From: an uncultured Gemmatimonadales bacterium
Lineage (GTDB): Bacteria > Gemmatimonadota > Gemmatimonadetes > Gemmatimonadales > GWC2-71-9
Direction of reading: 5' to 3'
Length of the DNA stretch: 64,000 nt
Assembly: GCA_963842945.1 (NCBI GenBank)
Contig: CAWJIM010000024.1
Span: 64,001 to 128,000 of the forward strand
The notes under the pieces were generated by a model. The model made no database searches and had not been told where the DNA came from. It saw nothing but the letters and a program-made list of their open reading frames with translations. Shown one piece after another: positions 25,123 through 38,502 of the stretch (position 1 is its first letter; every line of letters begins with the position of its first letter). A program made the translations under genes and the position numbers.

Positions 25123-26428
25123 CTGCGGCCCCGGCCGATCCCGTGATATTCAAACCCGAGTGAGGCCATACGGTCAGGGTCGTACAGATTGCGGCCGTCA
25201 ATCAGGAGGGGTCTGCGCACCAGTTTTCGGACCCGGTCGAAGTCGGGATTGCGATAGACCAGCCACTCCGTCATTACGAGCAGGGCGTCGACCCCGTGGG
25301 CGGCGCTGTAGGGATCGGCGGCATACATGAGACGGTCGCCGAAAATCAGCCGGGCCGAGTCGGTGGCCCTAGGATCGTGAGTTTGTACCCGGGCTCCGGC
25401 TGCGAGCAGACCCTCGATCACCGGGATGGCCGGACTCTCCCGCATGTCATCGGTCTCGGCCTTAAAGGCAAGACCCCAGATCCCGATGCTCTTTCCCGTA
25501 AGATCCTGCCCGAGATAGCGCAGCGTCTTCTGGAAAACGATCTGCTTCTGGCACTCGTTGACGTGCTCGACCGCCTTCAACACGTCAAGGGAAAGACCGA
25601 GATCGTCGGACGTGCGAATCAGCGCTTTGACATCCTTGGGGAAACAACTCCCCCCGTACCCCGGCCCGGGATACAGGAACGCCCGACCAATCCGCTGGTC
25701 CGAGCCGATTCCCAGCCTGACATGGTTGACGTCGGCGCCAACCAGCTCGCAGAACATCGCCATCTGGTTCATGAACGAGATCCGGGTCGCCAGCATGGCG
25801 TTGGCCGCATACTTCGTGACCTCGGCCGAGGCGATGTCCATGAAGAGGATGCGGTTTCCCCCTGGCGGGTGAAAGGAGCATAGAGCTCTTCCATCACCTC
25901 TTTGGCTTCATCGTTGTCCACTCCAATTACCACCCGGTCGGGCTTCATGAAGTCCTCGATTGCCGCGCCTTCCTTCAGGAACTCGGGATTGGAGCAGACC
26001 GAAAAAGGAATGTCCGTCTCTGACCGGATGGCGGCCCGGACCTTTTCCGCGGTGCCGACGGGAACGGTGGACTTGGTGACCACGATCTTGGGCTCGTTCA
26101 TGTTCCGGCCCACCGCATGGGCGACTGCCAGGACATGCTTCAGATCGGCAGAGCCGTCCTCTCCCGGCGGAGTTCCCACCGCAATGAAGATCACCCGGGA
26201 GCTTCGCACCGCCGCACCCAGGTCGGTGGTAAACGTGAGCCGCCCTTCGTCCTGATTCCGCTTGACCATGGGCTCGAGACCCGGCTCGTAAATGGGGATC
26301 TCGTTGCGTTGCAGCCGGGCGATCTTTTCTGCGTCTACGTCCACACAGGTCACATCGTTTCCGGTCTCGGCCAGACAAGCCCCGGCCACCAGTCCGACGT
26401 AGCCGCTTCCGATCACCGCTACATGCAT
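25119..26428 (-). CDS. ugd: UDP-glucose 6-dehydrogenase (frameshift in a G-run near 25860)
   Basis: [14 protein letters not shown]; second half [26 protein letters not shown]. Confidence 0.9.
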
Positions 26429-26429
26429 G

Positions 26430-27725
26430 TCAGATCTCTTTCGGGAGTGCGTTTCTGGTATCCACGACCAGCCGGGCGGTGCGCTTGATCATGTGGTAGT
26501 CCACCGAGCTGTGGTCGGTGACGATCATGATGCAATCGGCTGCAGCCACCGTCTCCGGGGTGAGCGCAACCGACCGGAACTCGGTCCCGTCTTCCCTGAA
26601 CTTGGGCACGTGAGGATCCGAGTAAGTCACCTTGGCCCCCTGCCCTTTGAGCAGACGGATAATGTCCAACGCCGGGCTCTCGCGGATGTCGTCGATGTTC
26701 CGCTTGTACGCCACCCCAAGCACCAGGACCGAGGCCCCCCGTACCGCCTTGCCCTGTCCGTTCAGGGCCTCGGCTAGCTTGCGGACCCAGAACTCCGGCA
26801 TTTCGGTGTTGAGCTCGCCGGCCAGGTCGATAAACCGGGTTTTGTAGTTGAGTCCACGCATTTTCCAGGCGAGGTAATGCGGGTCGATCGGAATGCAGTG
26901 GCCACCCAAGCCGGGGCCGGGCAAGAATTTCATGAACCCGAACGGCTTGGTGGCGGCGGCCTCGATCACCTCCCAGACATTCACCCCCAGCTTGTCGCAC
27001 ACGATGGCCATCTCATTGACCAGACCGATGTTGACGCTCCGGAAGGTGTTCTCCAGCAGCTTGACCAGCTCGGCCGCTTCGGTGGTGGACACGGGCACGA
27101 GGGTGTCGATCGCCGGCTGGTACAGCGCCACGGCAACCTTGCGGCAGTCCTCGGTGATGCCTCCGACCACCTTAGGTGTGTTACGGGTGCCATAGTGTGG
27201 ATTTCCGGGATCAACCCGCTCGGGGCTGAAGGCCAGGAAGAAGTCCCGGCCCACGGCAAGTCCGGTGCTCTCCAGGGCCGGGAGCATGATCTCGCGGGTG
27301 GTCCCGGGATAGGTGGTGCTCTCCAGGATGATCGCCTGGCCCCGCCGAAGCCGCTTCTTTACCGCCTCGGTTGCGGCCACGATGTAACTGACGTCCGGGT
27401 CTTTGAACTTGGAGAGCGGAGTCGGCACGCAGATCGAGATGGCGTCCGGCTCTGACAGACGCGACATATCCGTGGTCGCGCTGAACCGCTCACACTGCTG
27501 CTGCAGCTGCTTGTCGGTTACGTCTTTTACGTGGGAACGGCCGGCGTTCAGCCCATCTACCACATCGGGTTTCACCTCGAAGCCCAGCACCCGATAGCCG
27601 GCCTGAGCCAGCTCCACCGCCAGCGGAAGCCCAACGTAGCCGAGGCCAACGATGCCAAACAGGATCTGGCGTCGCTCGGCCTTTCCGATCAGGTCCTGGG
27701 CGATACCCACGGGTCTCTCGATCAC
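26430..27725 (-). CDS. UDP-N-acetylglucosamine 6-dehydrogenase (WbpA-like)
   Basis: [42 protein letters not shown]. Confidence 0.88.
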   Translation of the reverse strand: MIERPVGIAQDLIGKAERRQILFGIVGLGYVGLPLAVELAQAGYRVLGFEVKPDVVDGLNAGRSHVKDVTDKQLQQQCERFSATTDMSRLSEPDAISICVPTPLSKFKDPDVSYIVAATEAVKKRLRRGQAIILESTTYPGTTREIMLPALESTGLAVGRDFFLAFSPERVDPGNPHYGTRNTPKVVGGITEDCRKVAVALYQPAIDTLVPVSTTEAAELVKLLENTFRSVNIGLVNEMAIVCDKLGVNVWEVIEAAATKPFGFMKFLPGPGLGGHCIPIDPHYLAWKMRGLNYKTRFIDLAGELNTEMPEFWVRKLAEALNGQGKAVRGASVLVLGVAYKRNIDDIRESPALDIIRLLKGQGAKVTYSDPHVPKFREDGTEFRSVALTPETVAAADCIMIVTDHSSVDYHMIKRTARLVVDTRNALPKEI

Positions 27726-28837
27726 GCGTAGAAAGATTTCACGGTTTCAATCACCGTGTTCTGCTGCTGTTCCGTAAGCTCGGGGTACACCGGCAAGGAC
27801 AATACCGACTCCATGGCAGCCTCCGCAGCCGGAAGACGCCCACGCCGGTAGCCGAGATGCGCAAAGCAGGGCTGGAGGTGAAGCGCCAGTGGATAGTAGA
27901 TAGCGTGACCTATTCCCTGCTCCTTGAGATGGGCCTGCAGCTCATCCCGCTGGGGCACGCGAATGGTGTACTGATGAAAGATGTGGTCATTGGCGGGATC
28001 GATCGCGGGGGGACAGACCGACGGGAGGCCCGTGAACGCCTCCGTGTAGCGTGCCGCATTCCGCTTCCGAGCCTGATTCCATCGCTCCAGGTAGGGCAGC
28101 TTGGCCAGAAGAACCGCCGCTTGCAGGGTGTCCAGCCGGCTATTCGTTCCCACCTCCTCATGCAGGTACTGCCGGGAACCGCCGTGGAGCCGGAGACGCC
28201 GAAGCCGTTCGGCCAGCTTGTCGTCCTGGGTGACCATTAGCCCTGCGTCCCCCCAAGCCCCCAGGTTCTTCGTGGGAAAAAAGGACAGAGTCCCGACGCT
28301 GCCGAGCTCACCCGACATGCGCCATTGTCCGTCGACTTTCCGCTTGGCCCCGATGCTCTGAGCTCCGTCTTCGATGACCGGAAGCCCGTGCCGGGCCGCT
28401 ATGCGCATGATCGATTCCATGGCAGCCATCTGGCCGAAGAGATGGACGACGATGATGGCCCGGGTCCGCGGGGTAATGGCCGCCTCGATGGCTTCGGGGC
28501 TGATATTCATCGTGGTCGGATCGATGTCCACGAACACCGGAGTACCACCCGCGTTGTGGACCGTTCCCGCGGTCGCGAAGAAGGTGAAGGGCGTGGTGAT
28601 CACCTCGTCTCCGGACCGAAGATCCAGCGCCTTGAGCGGCAACAACAAGGCGTCGGTCCCACTGGCGCAGGCAATGCCGTGCTTCGTATGGGATAGCCGG
28701 GCGATCTCGGCCTCGAGGCGCGACACCTCAGGGCCCATGATGAAGCTCTGCCGCTCGATCACCTCCATCATGGCGGCGAGCACATCGTCTTTGATCTCAC
28801 GATACTGCGCGACCAGATCGAGGAGAGGTACGCTCAC
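27722..28837 (-). CDS. DegT/DnrJ/EryC1/StrS aminotransferase (WbpE-like)
   Basis: SGTDAL; EDGAQ; SFFPTKNLG; NSRLDTLQAA. Confidence 0.9.
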   Translation of the reverse strand: MSVPLLDLVAQYREIKDDVLAAMMEVIERQSFIMGPEVSRLEAEIARLSHTKHGIACASGTDALLLPLKALDLRSGDEVITTPFTFFATAGTVHNAGGTPVFVDIDPTTMNISPEAIEAAITPRTRAIIVVHLFGQMAAMESIMRIAARHGLPVIEDGAQSIGAKRKVDGQWRMSGELGSVGTLSFFPTKNLGAWGDAGLMVTQDDKLAERLRRLRLHGGSRQYLHEEVGTNSRLDTLQAAVLLAKLPYLERWNQARKRNAARYTEAFTGLPSVCPPAIDPANDHIFHQYTIRVPQRDELQAHLKEQGIGHAIYYPLALHLQPCFAHLGYRRGRLPAAEAAMESVLSLPVYPELTEQQQNTVIETVKSFYA

Positions 28838-28984
28838 GACAGTCCTGGGCCTTTGCTCCGTCCAGTCGGGGCTGGAGCGGTCATGTGGAAGCGCCCGATG
28901 CTCCAGCCGATCCGGCTGAGCCCGGGCGCGCAGTGTCGCGGAACCATAGACAGCTAGAGAAGTTAGCCGGGTGGCCTGGGTGGG

Positions 28985-29555
28985 TCAATCAGCCGGAGCA
29001 ACTCCATCGGATTCACGATAACCGGTCCCGCAGGCTGCGCAGGTTGCCCGGCCGTCCCGGAACTGCAGGCGCACTCCGCAGCGACACATCCAGCCGACCC
29101 GGCGGGCAGGGACGCCGACCATGATGGCGAAGGGCGGGACATCGCTCCTGACCACCGCCCCCGCTCCGATGAAGCTGTATTCGCCCAGGGTTAATTCCGC
29201 ACAGGATCGTGGCGTTGGCGCCGATCGAGGTCCCCCGGCGAACCAGCGTGCGCTGATACTCAGCCTTCCGGGACACATGGCTGCGCGGATTGACCACGTT
29301 GGTGAACACGCAGCTGGGCCCGCAGAACACATCGTCCTCCAGGACCACGCCCTCATAGATGGACACGTTGTTCTGCACCTTCACGTTGTTGCCCAGCTGG
29401 GACCCCTGCATGACCACCACGTTCTGCCCCAGGTTGCAGCGTTCGCCGATGATGGCCCCGGGCATGACATGGCAGAAATGCCAGATCTTGGTGCCCTTCC
29501 CGATCTGGGCCCCATCATCGATATAGGAGGATTCGTGGGCGAAGTAGTCGGGCAT
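28985..29555 (-). CDS. Hexapeptide N-acetyltransferase (WbpD/WlbB-like; frameshift near 29192)
   Basis: [27 protein letters not shown]-terminal [14 protein letters not shown]...CAACG in the other frame. Confidence 0.88.
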
Positions 29556-29568
29556 TCACCTCTCACTC

Positions 29569-30517
29569 TCATAGGTATTCCCCCCTGGCCCCGATCAGCT
29601 TGACTTCGGGATCGAGCCGCACGCCGAACCGCTCCTCCACCGTACGCTGCACATGGTCGATCAATCGCCGAACGTCGGCAGCGGTGGCGCCTTCGGTATT
29701 CACGAAGTAGTTGGCGTGCATCGGTGAAACCTGGGCTCCGCCGATGCTGAATCCTTTCAGTCCGGCCGCCTCGATCAGCTGCCCCGCCGTTTTCGGGCCC
29801 GCTCTCCCGCTTCCAGCTGGGCCCTGAAGGGTTCTTAAAGACGCTGCCGCAACAGGGCTGGTTGAAGGGCGTACCCTTCTGCCGCCACTCGAAGAGTTCG
29901 GCGACCGCTTCCTCCAGCCGGGCAGGCTCTTCGGGCCGCAACTGCACGGTCGTTTCCAGCACGATCCGGCCATCCAGGCCGCTCCGCCGGTAGGTGAAAG
30001 GGACATCTCGACGATTCAGCACGCTGTCATTCCCGTGGCCGTCCACCACCGTGACCTGCTGCACTACCTCGGCCCAATCGCCGCCGTGACAGCCGGCATT
30101 CATGAACACGCCGCCACCGACGGTGCCGGGCACTCCCACGAAGATGTGCAGCCCGGCAAAGCCGGCTTCGGCCGTCCTGCGCGCGGCGAGGGGAGCGGGA
30201 AGACCAGCGCCGATGGTCCAGCGATCCTTATCCTGCTGCAGCCGGTCCAGGCCCTTTCCCATCCGGATCACCAGGGCGTCCAGTCCTTCATCCGGGAGCA
30301 GGATGTTGGAGCCGAGTCCCAGGGCGAACCATGGAGTGCTGGTTTCGCTGGCCAGACGAAGGGCCGCCGCAACATCGGCTGGAGTCTTGGGCAGCAGCAC
30401 AGTGGCCGGCCCGCCGATCCGATAGGTGGAGTAGCGGGCGACGGACTCCCCTTCCCGCACCGTCCCGGCAACCCGATCCCGCAGCGCAGTGACGAAGTTC
30501 GCGCTGCGGGCGCTCAC
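29569..30517 (-). CDS. murB: UDP-N-acetylenolpyruvoylglucosamine reductase (frameshift near 29797)
   Basis: [43 protein letters not shown]...LDPEV. Confidence 0.92.
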
Positions 30518-33500
30518 CCGGTCCACTCCGGAGACATCTCCCGCGCCAGCGCATGCCACTCCTGCAGCGGCCGCACCTCACCGGCCCGGCTCCTCAGCGC
30601 GATGACCGCATCACACGCGGCGGAAGCCGCGGACAACGTGGTGGTGTACGGTACCCGGTGCTGGAGAGCCGCACGGCGGATGGCGTAGTCGTCCTGCTGG
30701 GTGAGCTTTCCCAGGGGAGTGTTGATGAGGAGCTGAATCTGGCCCGAAACCAGGAGGTCGATGGCGTTGGGCCGGCCCTCGTACACCTTGAGAACCCGCT
30801 CGGTGGGGATGCCGCGGGCCCGAAGATAGCGCGCCGTTCCCTCTGTCCCCAGCACCCGGAACCCCAGCGCATGAAACCGACGGGCAATGGGAACGACGTT
30901 CGCCTTGTCGTGATCGTTTACCGTGACAAAGACCGAGCCCTCGAGAGGCAATGCGCCGTCGGCGGAGATCTGTGCCTTGGCGAAAGCCATCCCGAAGGAA
31001 TCGGCGATACCCATGACCTCGCCGGTTGAGCGCATCTCCGGCCCCAGGATCAGATCTACCCCCTGAAGCTTGCTGAAAGGAAAGACCGCTTCCTTGACGG
31101 CGACGTAGGGCTGCAGCACGTCGTCGTGGAGCCCCAGCTCCTCGAGGGTCTTTCCCACCATCACTGCCGCAGCCAGGCTGGCCAGTGGAACGCCGGTGGT
31201 TTTGGAGACGAAGGGAACGGTGCGGGAGCCCCGGGGATTCACCTCGAGGACATAAACCACGTCGTGCTTGATGGCGAATTGAACGTTGAGGAGACCCACC
31301 ACGCCCAACCGCTCGGCAAAGGCCCTGGTGTGTCGCCGCATCTCATCCACCTGGGCCTCGGTAATGAGATACGGCGGCAGCACACAGGCGGAGTCCCCCG
31401 AGTGGATCCCCGCATCCTCGATATGCTGCATGACTCCGCCAATGACACAGCGGGTGCCATCGGCGATCGCGTCGACGTCGGCTTCGAACGCGTCCTCCAG
31501 AAAGCTGTCTATGAGAACCGGGTGCTCCGGCGCAACCCGCGCTGCCCGCCCGAAGTAATTCCTGAGCGAGGCGTCGTCGTAAACAATTTCCATGGCCCTT
31601 CCGCCCAGCACATACGACGGACGCACCAGAACCGGATAGCCCACCCGCGCGGCCACCGCCACTGCCTCCTCGATCGAATGCGCCACCCCGCTGGGAGGCT
31701 GAGCCACGCCGAGCTCCCGGCTGATGGCCTCGAAACGCCCCCGATCCTCCGCCAGATCGATGGCCTCGGGTGAAGTACCCAGAATCGAGACCCCTTCCGC
31801 CTCGAGAGCTCGGGCCAAACGGAGCGGAGTTTGTCCGCCCAGCTGGACGACCACTCCGATCGGCTGCTCCACAGCTACCACCTCGAGCACGTCCTCCAAA
31901 GTAAGCGGCTCGAAGTAGAGGGCATCGGAGATGTCGAAATCGGTGGAGACCGTTTCGGGGTTGGAGTTCACCATGACGGTGCGATAGCCCATCTCCCGAA
32001 AGGCGATTGCCGCGCGGACACAGCAGTAATCGAACTCGACACCCTGGCCGATCCGGTTGGGTCCGCTCCCCAGAATGACTACGGTGCGCTCTCCGCTGGT
32101 TTGCGCCTCATTCTCCTCGTCATAAGAGGAGTAGAGATAGGGGGTGGCCGAAGGAAACTCGCCGGCGCAGGTATCCACCGTCTTGTAAGCCGGCCGGATG
32201 CCCAGCCGATGCCGCTCGGCCCGGACGGCGGACTCGGTAATGCCCCGTAGCTCCGCCAGTTGCCGGTCGGAAAATCCAAGCCGTTTCATTTTCCGCAGAA
32301 GCGATCGTTGGTCCTCTTCTTTCCCTCCCCGCCTCCCCGCTTCCCCGCCTCCCCGCTTCCTCACCTCCCCGCTTCCCCGCCACTCGTCTTCCGCCTCCAG
32401 CAGCTCAACCATCTGATAGAGGAACCAGGGATCAATCCCGGTGGTCTCCGCCAGTGCATCCACCGACACGCCGAGCTGGAGAGCGTACTTGAGCTGAAAG
32501 ATCCGCTCCGGCGTCGGCGTGCGTACCCCGGCGAGCACCGCCTCGCGACTGGTGTCCTGCAGGCGATCGTCCGCCGGCGTGCTGCCCGCACTCCAGCCGA
32601 TCCGGTCCGATTCCAGCCCGCGCAATCCCTTCTGAAAGGCCTCCTTGAAGGTGCGGCCAATGGCCATCACCTCGCCCACCGACTTCATCTGGGTCGTCAA
32701 AGTGGGATCTGCCGCAGGGAACTTTTCGAAGGCAAACCGCGGAATCTTGACCACCACATAGTCGAGCACAGGCTCGAATGAGGCCGGCGTAGTCCTGGTG
32801 ATGTCGTTGGGCAGCTCGTCCAGCCGGTATCCCACCGCCACTTTGGTCCCGATCCGCGCGATGGGAAAGCCGGTGGCCTTGGACGCGAGCGCGGAGGAGC
32901 GAGAGACGCGGGGGTTCATCTCGATGACGAGCTGCTCCCCGGTGGTCGGACTTACCGCGAACTGAATGTTGCAGCCGCCCGCGGCCACGCCGATTTCGCG
33001 GATGATCTTGATGGCGGCATCGCGCATGGTCTGGTACTCGCGATCGGTGAGCGTCATGGCCGGCGCCACCGTGATCGAGTCGCCGGTGTGAACGCCCATC
33101 GGATCGAGATTTTCAATCGAGCAGACGATCACCACGTTGTCCGCCCCGTCCCGCATCACCTCCAGCTCGAATTCCTTCCAACCGATGATGCTGCGCTCCA
33201 CCAGCACGGAGCCCACCGGCGAGAGCTCCAGGCCCCGCCGAATCAGAGTCTCGAACTCCTCCCGGTTGTAAGCGATTCCTCCCCCCGAGCCACCCAGAGT
33301 GAAGGAGGGGCGGAGAATGGCCGGGTAGCCGGACACCTCAACGGCAGCCAGGGCCTCCTCCACGCTATGAACCGTGCGGCCTTCGGGAGTGGCGAGACCG
33401 ATACGCTTCATGGCCTGGGCAAATTCCTCCCGGTCCTCCGCCAGACGGATGGCCCGCTCGTTGGCCCCGATCAGCTCGACTCCGAACCGCTCCAGCGTGC

Positions 33501-33816
33501 CATTGCGCTGCAAGGCCATCGCCACATTCAACGCCGTTTGTCCTCCCATGGTCGGCAGCAGGGCCTGGGGGCGCTCGCGTTCGATGACCTTGGCCACCCA
33601 CTCCGGAGTGACTGGCTCGATATACGTGCGATCGGCCAACTCCGGATCGGTCATGATGGTAGCCGGATTCGAGTTGACCAGGACGACCCGGTATCCCTCT
33701 TCCTTGAGCGCCCGCACCGCTTGGGTACCGGAGTAGTCGAACTCGGCTCCCTGGCCGATGACGATCGGGCCCGAACCGATGAGCAGGATGGTCGAGAGAT
33801 CAGTGCGTTTGGGCAT
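30514..33816 (-). CDS. carB: Carbamoyl-phosphate synthase large subunit
   Basis: MPKRTDL...[17 protein letters not shown]; two ATP-grasp domains; MGS domain. Confidence 0.98.
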   Translation of the reverse strand: MPKRTDLSTILLIGSGPIVIGQGAEFDYSGTQAVRALKEEGYRVVLVNSNPATIMTDPELADRTYIEPVTPEWVAKVIERERPQALLPTMGGQTALNVAMALQRNGTLERFGVELIGANERAIRLAEDREEFAQAMKRIGLATPEGRTVHSVEEALAAVEVSGYPAILRPSFTLGGSGGGIAYNREEFETLIRRGLELSPVGSVLVERSIIGWKEFELEVMRDGADNVVIVCSIENLDPMGVHTGDSITVAPAMTLTDREYQTMRDAAIKIIREIGVAAGGCNIQFAVSPTTGEQLVIEMNPRVSRSSALASKATGFPIARIGTKVAVGYRLDELPNDITRTTPASFEPVLDYVVVKIPRFAFEKFPAADPTLTTQMKSVGEVMAIGRTFKEAFQKGLRGLESDRIGWSAGSTPADDRLQDTSREAVLAGVRTPTPERIFQLKYALQLGVSVDALAETTGIDPWFLYQMVELLEAEDEWRGSGEVRKRGGGEAGRRGGKEEDQRSLLRKMKRLGFSDRQLAELRGITESAVRAERHRLGIRPAYKTVDTCAGEFPSATPYLYSSYDEENEAQTSGERTVVILGSGPNRIGQGVEFDYCCVRAAIAFREMGYRTVMVNSNPETVSTDFDISDALYFEPLTLEDVLEVVAVEQPIGVVVQLGGQTPLRLARALEAEGVSILGTSPEAIDLAEDRGRFEAISRELGVAQPPSGVAHSIEEAVAVAARVGYPVLVRPSYVLGGRAMEIVYDDASLRNYFGRAARVAPEHPVLIDSFLEDAFEADVDAIADGTRCVIGGVMQHIEDAGIHSGDSACVLPPYLITEAQVDEMRRHTRAFAERLGVVGLLNVQFAIKHDVVYVLEVNPRGSRTVPFVSKTTGVPLASLAAAVMVGKTLEELGLHDDVLQPYVAVKEAVFPFSKLQGVDLILGPEMRSTGEVMGIADSFGMAFAKAQISADGALPLEGSVFVTVNDHDKANVVPIARRFHALGFRVLGTEGTARYLRARGIPTERVLKVYEGRPNAIDLLVSGQIQLLINTPLGKLTQQDDYAIRRAALQHRVPYTTTLSAASAACDAVIALRSRAGEVRPLQEWHALAREMSPEWTG
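32325..32380. repeat. 7 x 8-bp tandem array (YTCCCCGC) inside carB
   Basis: ctccccgc ctccccgc ttccccgc ctccccgc ttcctcac ctccccgc ttccccgc. Confidence 0.92.
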
Positions 33817-34750
33817 CCACCATGTCCCGCAGGGTCTGGTCCAACGTGATGGCGGGCGACCAGCCGGTTGCTTGCCGTAGCTTGGTTGCGTCACCTACGA
33901 GATGAGGGATGTCGCCGCTCCGGACCAGGTCGGAATCGGGAAACGGCTCCGCCTCTACCCCGATGATGTCCGCGATGCGCCGAAATAGCTGCTCCAGCGT
34001 AATCCCCTCACTGCGCGCGATGTTATAGGTCTCGCCGGGAATCCCGCTGCTGATCAGCGCCAGATAGGCTTCTACCACATCCCGAACATCGAGCAGGTCG
34101 CGCACCGGCTTCAGATTGCCGGTGGGCACTCGGCGGGGTCCGCCGGCCTTTACCGCCAGCAACCGGTCGATGAATGCCGGCACCACGTACGGAGGGCGTT
34201 GGCCCGGTCCCGTATGAGTAAAAGGGCGGGCGATAATCACCCGGAGCTGGGTCCGGCGCCAGGCCTCCAGCGCGGCGATCTCCGATGCGGCCTTACTGGC
34301 TGCGTAGGGCGACTGCGGCTGCACCGGGTGACTCTCAGCTCGAGGCAATGCCGGCCCTGCACCGTAGACCTCCGAGCTGGAGACGTGCAGGACGATGGGA
34401 TCCGACTGCCCTCGCTCCCGCGTCGAGATCAGAGCGTCCATGACCCGTGCGGTGCCCGCGGCGTTGATTACCCAGGCGCGTCCGGGATCCTCTCGAGCTT
34501 CCCGTACCGATGCCATGGCGGCCAGGTGAACGACGGCATCCTGAGGAGCGCTCAGGGCCTGGCGGACAGCGCGCTCGTCATCGAGCTCCAAGGGTACCGT
34601 TCGAACCCGATTACTCCAGGGTTCGCCGCCTGAGTTCTGCTGCCCCTGCACTGGCCGGCAGGCGGCGGTCACCTCGTGACCGGTCTCCACCAGCCGTCCT
34701 ACCAAACGCCGTCCGACAAAGCCGTCCGCGCCGGTTACCAGCACCCTCAT
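33800..34750 (-). CDS. GDP-4-keto-6-deoxy-D-mannose reductase-like (Rmd-like) SDR
   Basis: [29 protein letters not shown]; adjacent to gmd. Confidence 0.75.
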   Translation of the reverse strand: MRVLVTGADGFVGRRLVGRLVETGHEVTAACRPVQGQQNSGGEPWSNRVRTVPLELDDERAVRQALSAPQDAVVHLAAMASVREAREDPGRAWVINAAGTARVMDALISTRERGQSDPIVLHVSSSEVYGAGPALPRAESHPVQPQSPYAASKAASEIAALEAWRRTQLRVIIARPFTHTGPGQRPPYVVPAFIDRLLAVKAGGPRRVPTGNLKPVRDLLDVRDVVEAYLALISSGIPGETYNIARSEGITLEQLFRRIADIIGVEAEPFPDSDLVRSGDIPHLVGDATKLRQATGWSPAITLDQTLRDMVDAQTH

Positions 34751-34763
34751 CCCTGGGAAGCCC

Positions 34764-35750
<987 letters not shown>

Positions 35751-35816
35751 TCATCAGCCCGCACTCGTTAGGTTTGAAGGCTTTCTCGCGTCCGACAAGA
35801 TACCAAGGTGGAGCTT

Positions 35817-36008
35817 ATGGCACGGGTTTGCGCCGTGTGCGCCAAAGGGCCGGTTACCGGCAACAACGTCAGCCACGCCAACAATCGCACCAAGCGGCGC
35901 TGGTACCCCAATCTGCAGACCGCGCGCGTTCTGGTCGATGGCGCGCCCAAGCGGATCAGGGTCTGCACGCAGTGCCTCAAGAGTAATCGGATCAAGAAGG
36001 CGAGTTGA
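35817..36008 (+). CDS. rpmB: 50S ribosomal protein L28 (Zn-binding form)
   Basis: [34 protein letters not shown]. Confidence 0.97.
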   Translation: MARVCAVCAKGPVTGNNVSHANNRTKRRWYPNLQTARVLVDGAPKRIRVCTQCLKSNRIKKAS

Positions 36009-36014
36009 CGCCAG

Positions 36015-36050
36015 AAAAAAGGGGACCCGAAGGTCCCCTTGTTCGTTTCT
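36015..36050. terminator. Bidirectional intrinsic terminator between convergent rpmB and rplQ
   Basis: A6-GGGGACC-CGAA-GGTCCCC-TTGTTCGTTT. Confidence 0.88.
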
Positions 36051-36063
36051 GGCCGGCAGCCGC

Positions 36064-36420
36064 TCACTCCGCAAGCAGCTCGATCCTCGCCACATCGGCC
36101 CCATCTCCCTCGCGGTGGCCCAACTTGAGAATCCGGGTGTACCCACCCGGACGTGCCGCGAAGCGGGGCCCGATCTCGCCGAACAGCCGAGTGAGGGTTT
36201 CCCGATCCTTGATCCGGCGCTCCACCAGCCTCCTGGCGTGGAGGTCGCCCCGCCGAGCCAGCGTAATGAGCTTCTCGGCGAAAGGCCGCAGCTCCTTGGC
36301 CTTGGCCTCGGTGGTGATGACCCGGCCATGCTCAAAAAGGCTGGTGGCCATGTTGTTCAACATGGCGCGTTTGTGACTGGAGGTGCGGGAAAGCTGCCTA
36401 CCCTTGGCGCGATGCCGCAT
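36064..36420 (-). CDS. rplQ: 50S ribosomal protein L17
   Basis: MRHRAKGRQLSRTSSHKRAML; RPGGYTRILK. Confidence 0.98.
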   Translation of the reverse strand: MRHRAKGRQLSRTSSHKRAMLNNMATSLFEHGRVITTEAKAKELRPFAEKLITLARRGDLHARRLVERRIKDRETLTRLFGEIGPRFAARPGGYTRILKLGHREGDGADVARIELLAE

Positions 36421-37487
36421 CAGGTGCCGTCTCCAATGATGGTCGTTGACGGCTGCACCACCGGAGCGACGCCCGGCCGTACGATCCTGAGCTCGCCGTC
36501 GGTCTCTTCAAAGCCCATTCCGAAGTTGAGCCCCTCGCGCTGAAGCAGCTCCGCGATCTCGCTGAGAGCCTTTTCGCCCACGTTCTTGACCTTGAGGAGA
36601 TCATCCTCCGAGAACTCCACCAGGTCCCGCAGGGTCCGGATGTTGGAGTTCTTCAGGGAATTCAGCGACCGGACGGACAGGCCGAAGTCGTCAATGGGGC
36701 GGCTCAGCCGCTGACGCAGGTTGCTGCCGGCCGCTCCGCCGGTTGCGGCGCCGGCGTCCCGCATGGTCGGCACCTTGCCGAAGTCCACGAAATACTGGAA
36801 GTGGACCTGCGCCAACGCCGCGGCGTAGGCGATGGCATCTTCCGGGGTGATGGTGCCGTTGGTCTCGACGGAAACGGTGAGACGGTCATAATCGGTGCGC
36901 TGGCCGACACGGGTTTCCGCCACCGTGAAGTTGGCCCGGCGCACCGGATTGTAGATGGCATCCACCCGAACCAGATCGATGGGAAGCGACCGGTCGGCGG
37001 GGTGCATCTCAGCCTCGACGTAACCGCGACCCTTGTTGACGTAGAGCTCCATGCTCACGTCCCGATCGTCCTGCAGCGTGAACAGCAGGTGGTCGGGGTT
37101 CTTGATGACCACGGACCCGTGCTCCTGAATGTCACGAGCGTACACTGGCCCGGCGCCCTCGCGACGGATGTGCAGCACCGCATCGTCGACGTTGTCGGCC
37201 AGCACGAGGGTGAGCGCCTTCAGCCGTTGCACGATCTGGTGCACGTCTTCGAGGACGCCCTGCACCGTCTGATGCTCATGAACGACGCCATCGAGCCGGA
37301 AGCCCCACACCGCGCTTCCGCGCAGCGAGGAGAGCAACAGCCGGCGGAGCGAATTGCCGAGGGTGTAACCAAAGCCACGCTCGAGAGGCTGGAGACGGAA
37401 TTCGGCAGCATTGGGATTGTCGTCCCGCTTGGTCATCTCGACGAGATGGGGGCGAACCAATCCGGTCAGATCAATGGTCATGGTCAC
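36420..37487 (-). CDS. rpoA: RNA polymerase alpha subunit
   Basis: PLERGFGYTLGNSLRRLLLSS; RVGQRTDYDRL; LSVRSLNSL. Confidence 0.98.
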   Translation of the reverse strand: MTMTIDLTGLVRPHLVEMTKRDDNPNAAEFRLQPLERGFGYTLGNSLRRLLLSSLRGSAVWGFRLDGVVHEHQTVQGVLEDVHQIVQRLKALTLVLADNVDDAVLHIRREGAGPVYARDIQEHGSVVIKNPDHLLFTLQDDRDVSMELYVNKGRGYVEAEMHPADRSLPIDLVRVDAIYNPVRRANFTVAETRVGQRTDYDRLTVSVETNGTITPEDAIAYAAALAQVHFQYFVDFGKVPTMRDAGAATGGAAGSNLRQRLSRPIDDFGLSVRSLNSLKNSNIRTLRDLVEFSEDDLLKVKNVGEKALSEIAELLQREGLNFGMGFEETDGELRIVRPGVAPVVQPSTTIIGDGT

Positions 37488-37510
37488 TTCGTGTAATGCT
37501 CCTGTAGGAT

Positions 37511-37561
37511 CGTGAGTCGGGAGTCAGGAGCCCCGAGACTCGTGACTCGTGACTCCGGACT
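37511..37561. repeat. Inverted pair of 7-bp tandem arrays
   Basis: cgtgagt cgggagt caggagc ... actcgtg actcgtg actccgg act. Confidence 0.75.
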
Positions 37562-37564
37562 GAA

Positions 37565-37966
37565 TCAGACCCGCCGCTTCTTTGGCGGACGGCAACCATT
37601 ATGGGGAATGGGGGTGACGTCGCGAATCGACACCACGCGAAGCCCCACTGAGGCGAGGGCCTGAATGGCCGACTCGCGTCCGCTCCCCGGTCCTTGAACC
37701 CGCACGTGCACCCGCCGAAGCCCGAGGTTCATTGCTTCCCGTCCGCAATTTTCCGCCGCCACGGTGGCCGCGAAGGGCGTGGATTTCTTGGAGCCCTTGA
37801 ACCCGGCCTTCCCCGCAGAACCCCATGCCAGGGCGTTGCCCCGCATGTCGGTGATGGTAATGAGCAGGTTGTTGAATGTGGCCGAGATGTGGGCAATCCC
37901 CTCGGAATCGACCACTTTCTTCGTGCGCTTGGGGCTCGGAGCCTTGGCTGGTGTTGGCGCGGTCAT
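37565..37966 (-). CDS. rpsK: 30S ribosomal protein S11
   Basis: [31 protein letters not shown]. Confidence 0.98.
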   Translation of the reverse strand: MTAPTPAKAPSPKRTKKVVDSEGIAHISATFNNLLITITDMRGNALAWGSAGKAGFKGSKKSTPFAATVAAENCGREAMNLGLRRVHVRVQGPGSGRESAIQALASVGLRVVSIRDVTPIPHNGCRPPKKRRV

Positions 37967-37967
37967 C

Positions 37968-38348
37968 TTACTTCTTCGTCACTTTCTTCTTACCGGCAAT
38001 GGCCCGCCGGGGACCCTTCTTGGTCCTTGCGTTGGTGTGCGTCCGCTGGCCCCGGACCGGAAGGCCGCGACGATGCCGGATGCCCCGATAGCTCCCGATG
38101 TCCATCAGCCGTTTGATGTTCATGGCAACTTCGGTGCGGAGGGCTCCTTCCACCTTGACCGACCGTTCGATCATTTGGCGAAGCCGCGCCACTTCCGCGT
38201 CCGACAGATCGCGCACGCGGGTGTCCGGGTTGACCCCAGTCTCGCCCAGAATGCGGCTGCTGGTGGGCCGGCCAATGCCGAAGATGTAGGTGAGGGCAAT
38301 CTCGACCCGCTTCTCGCGCGGGAGATCCACGCCAGCAATACGTGCCAT
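37968..38348 (-). CDS. rpsM: 30S ribosomal protein S13
   Basis: [29 protein letters not shown]. Confidence 0.98.
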   Translation of the reverse strand: MARIAGVDLPREKRVEIALTYIFGIGRPTSSRILGETGVNPDTRVRDLSDAEVARLRQMIERSVKVEGALRTEVAMNIKRLMDIGSYRGIRHRRGLPVRGQRTHTNARTKKGPRRAIAGKKKVTKK

Positions 38349-38350
38349 GA

Positions 38351-38467
38351 TCAGCCTTGCCGCTGTTTGTGCTTGGGGTTGCGCTTGCAGATGATGCGGA
38401 CCACGCCTTGTCGCTTGATGACCTTGCAGTGCTCGCAAATCGGCTTGACGCTGGAACGAACCTTCAC
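38351..38467 (-). CDS. rpmJ: 50S ribosomal protein L36 (38 aa; below the ORF-track cutoff)
   Basis: GTG start; translates [38 protein letters not shown]. Confidence 0.97.
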   Translation of the reverse strand: MKVRSSVKPICEHCKVIKRQGVVRIICKRNPKHKQRQG

Positions 38468-38502
38468 GCTTCTCTCCGGGCCAGGTTTAGGGCTAGCAGG
38501 GC

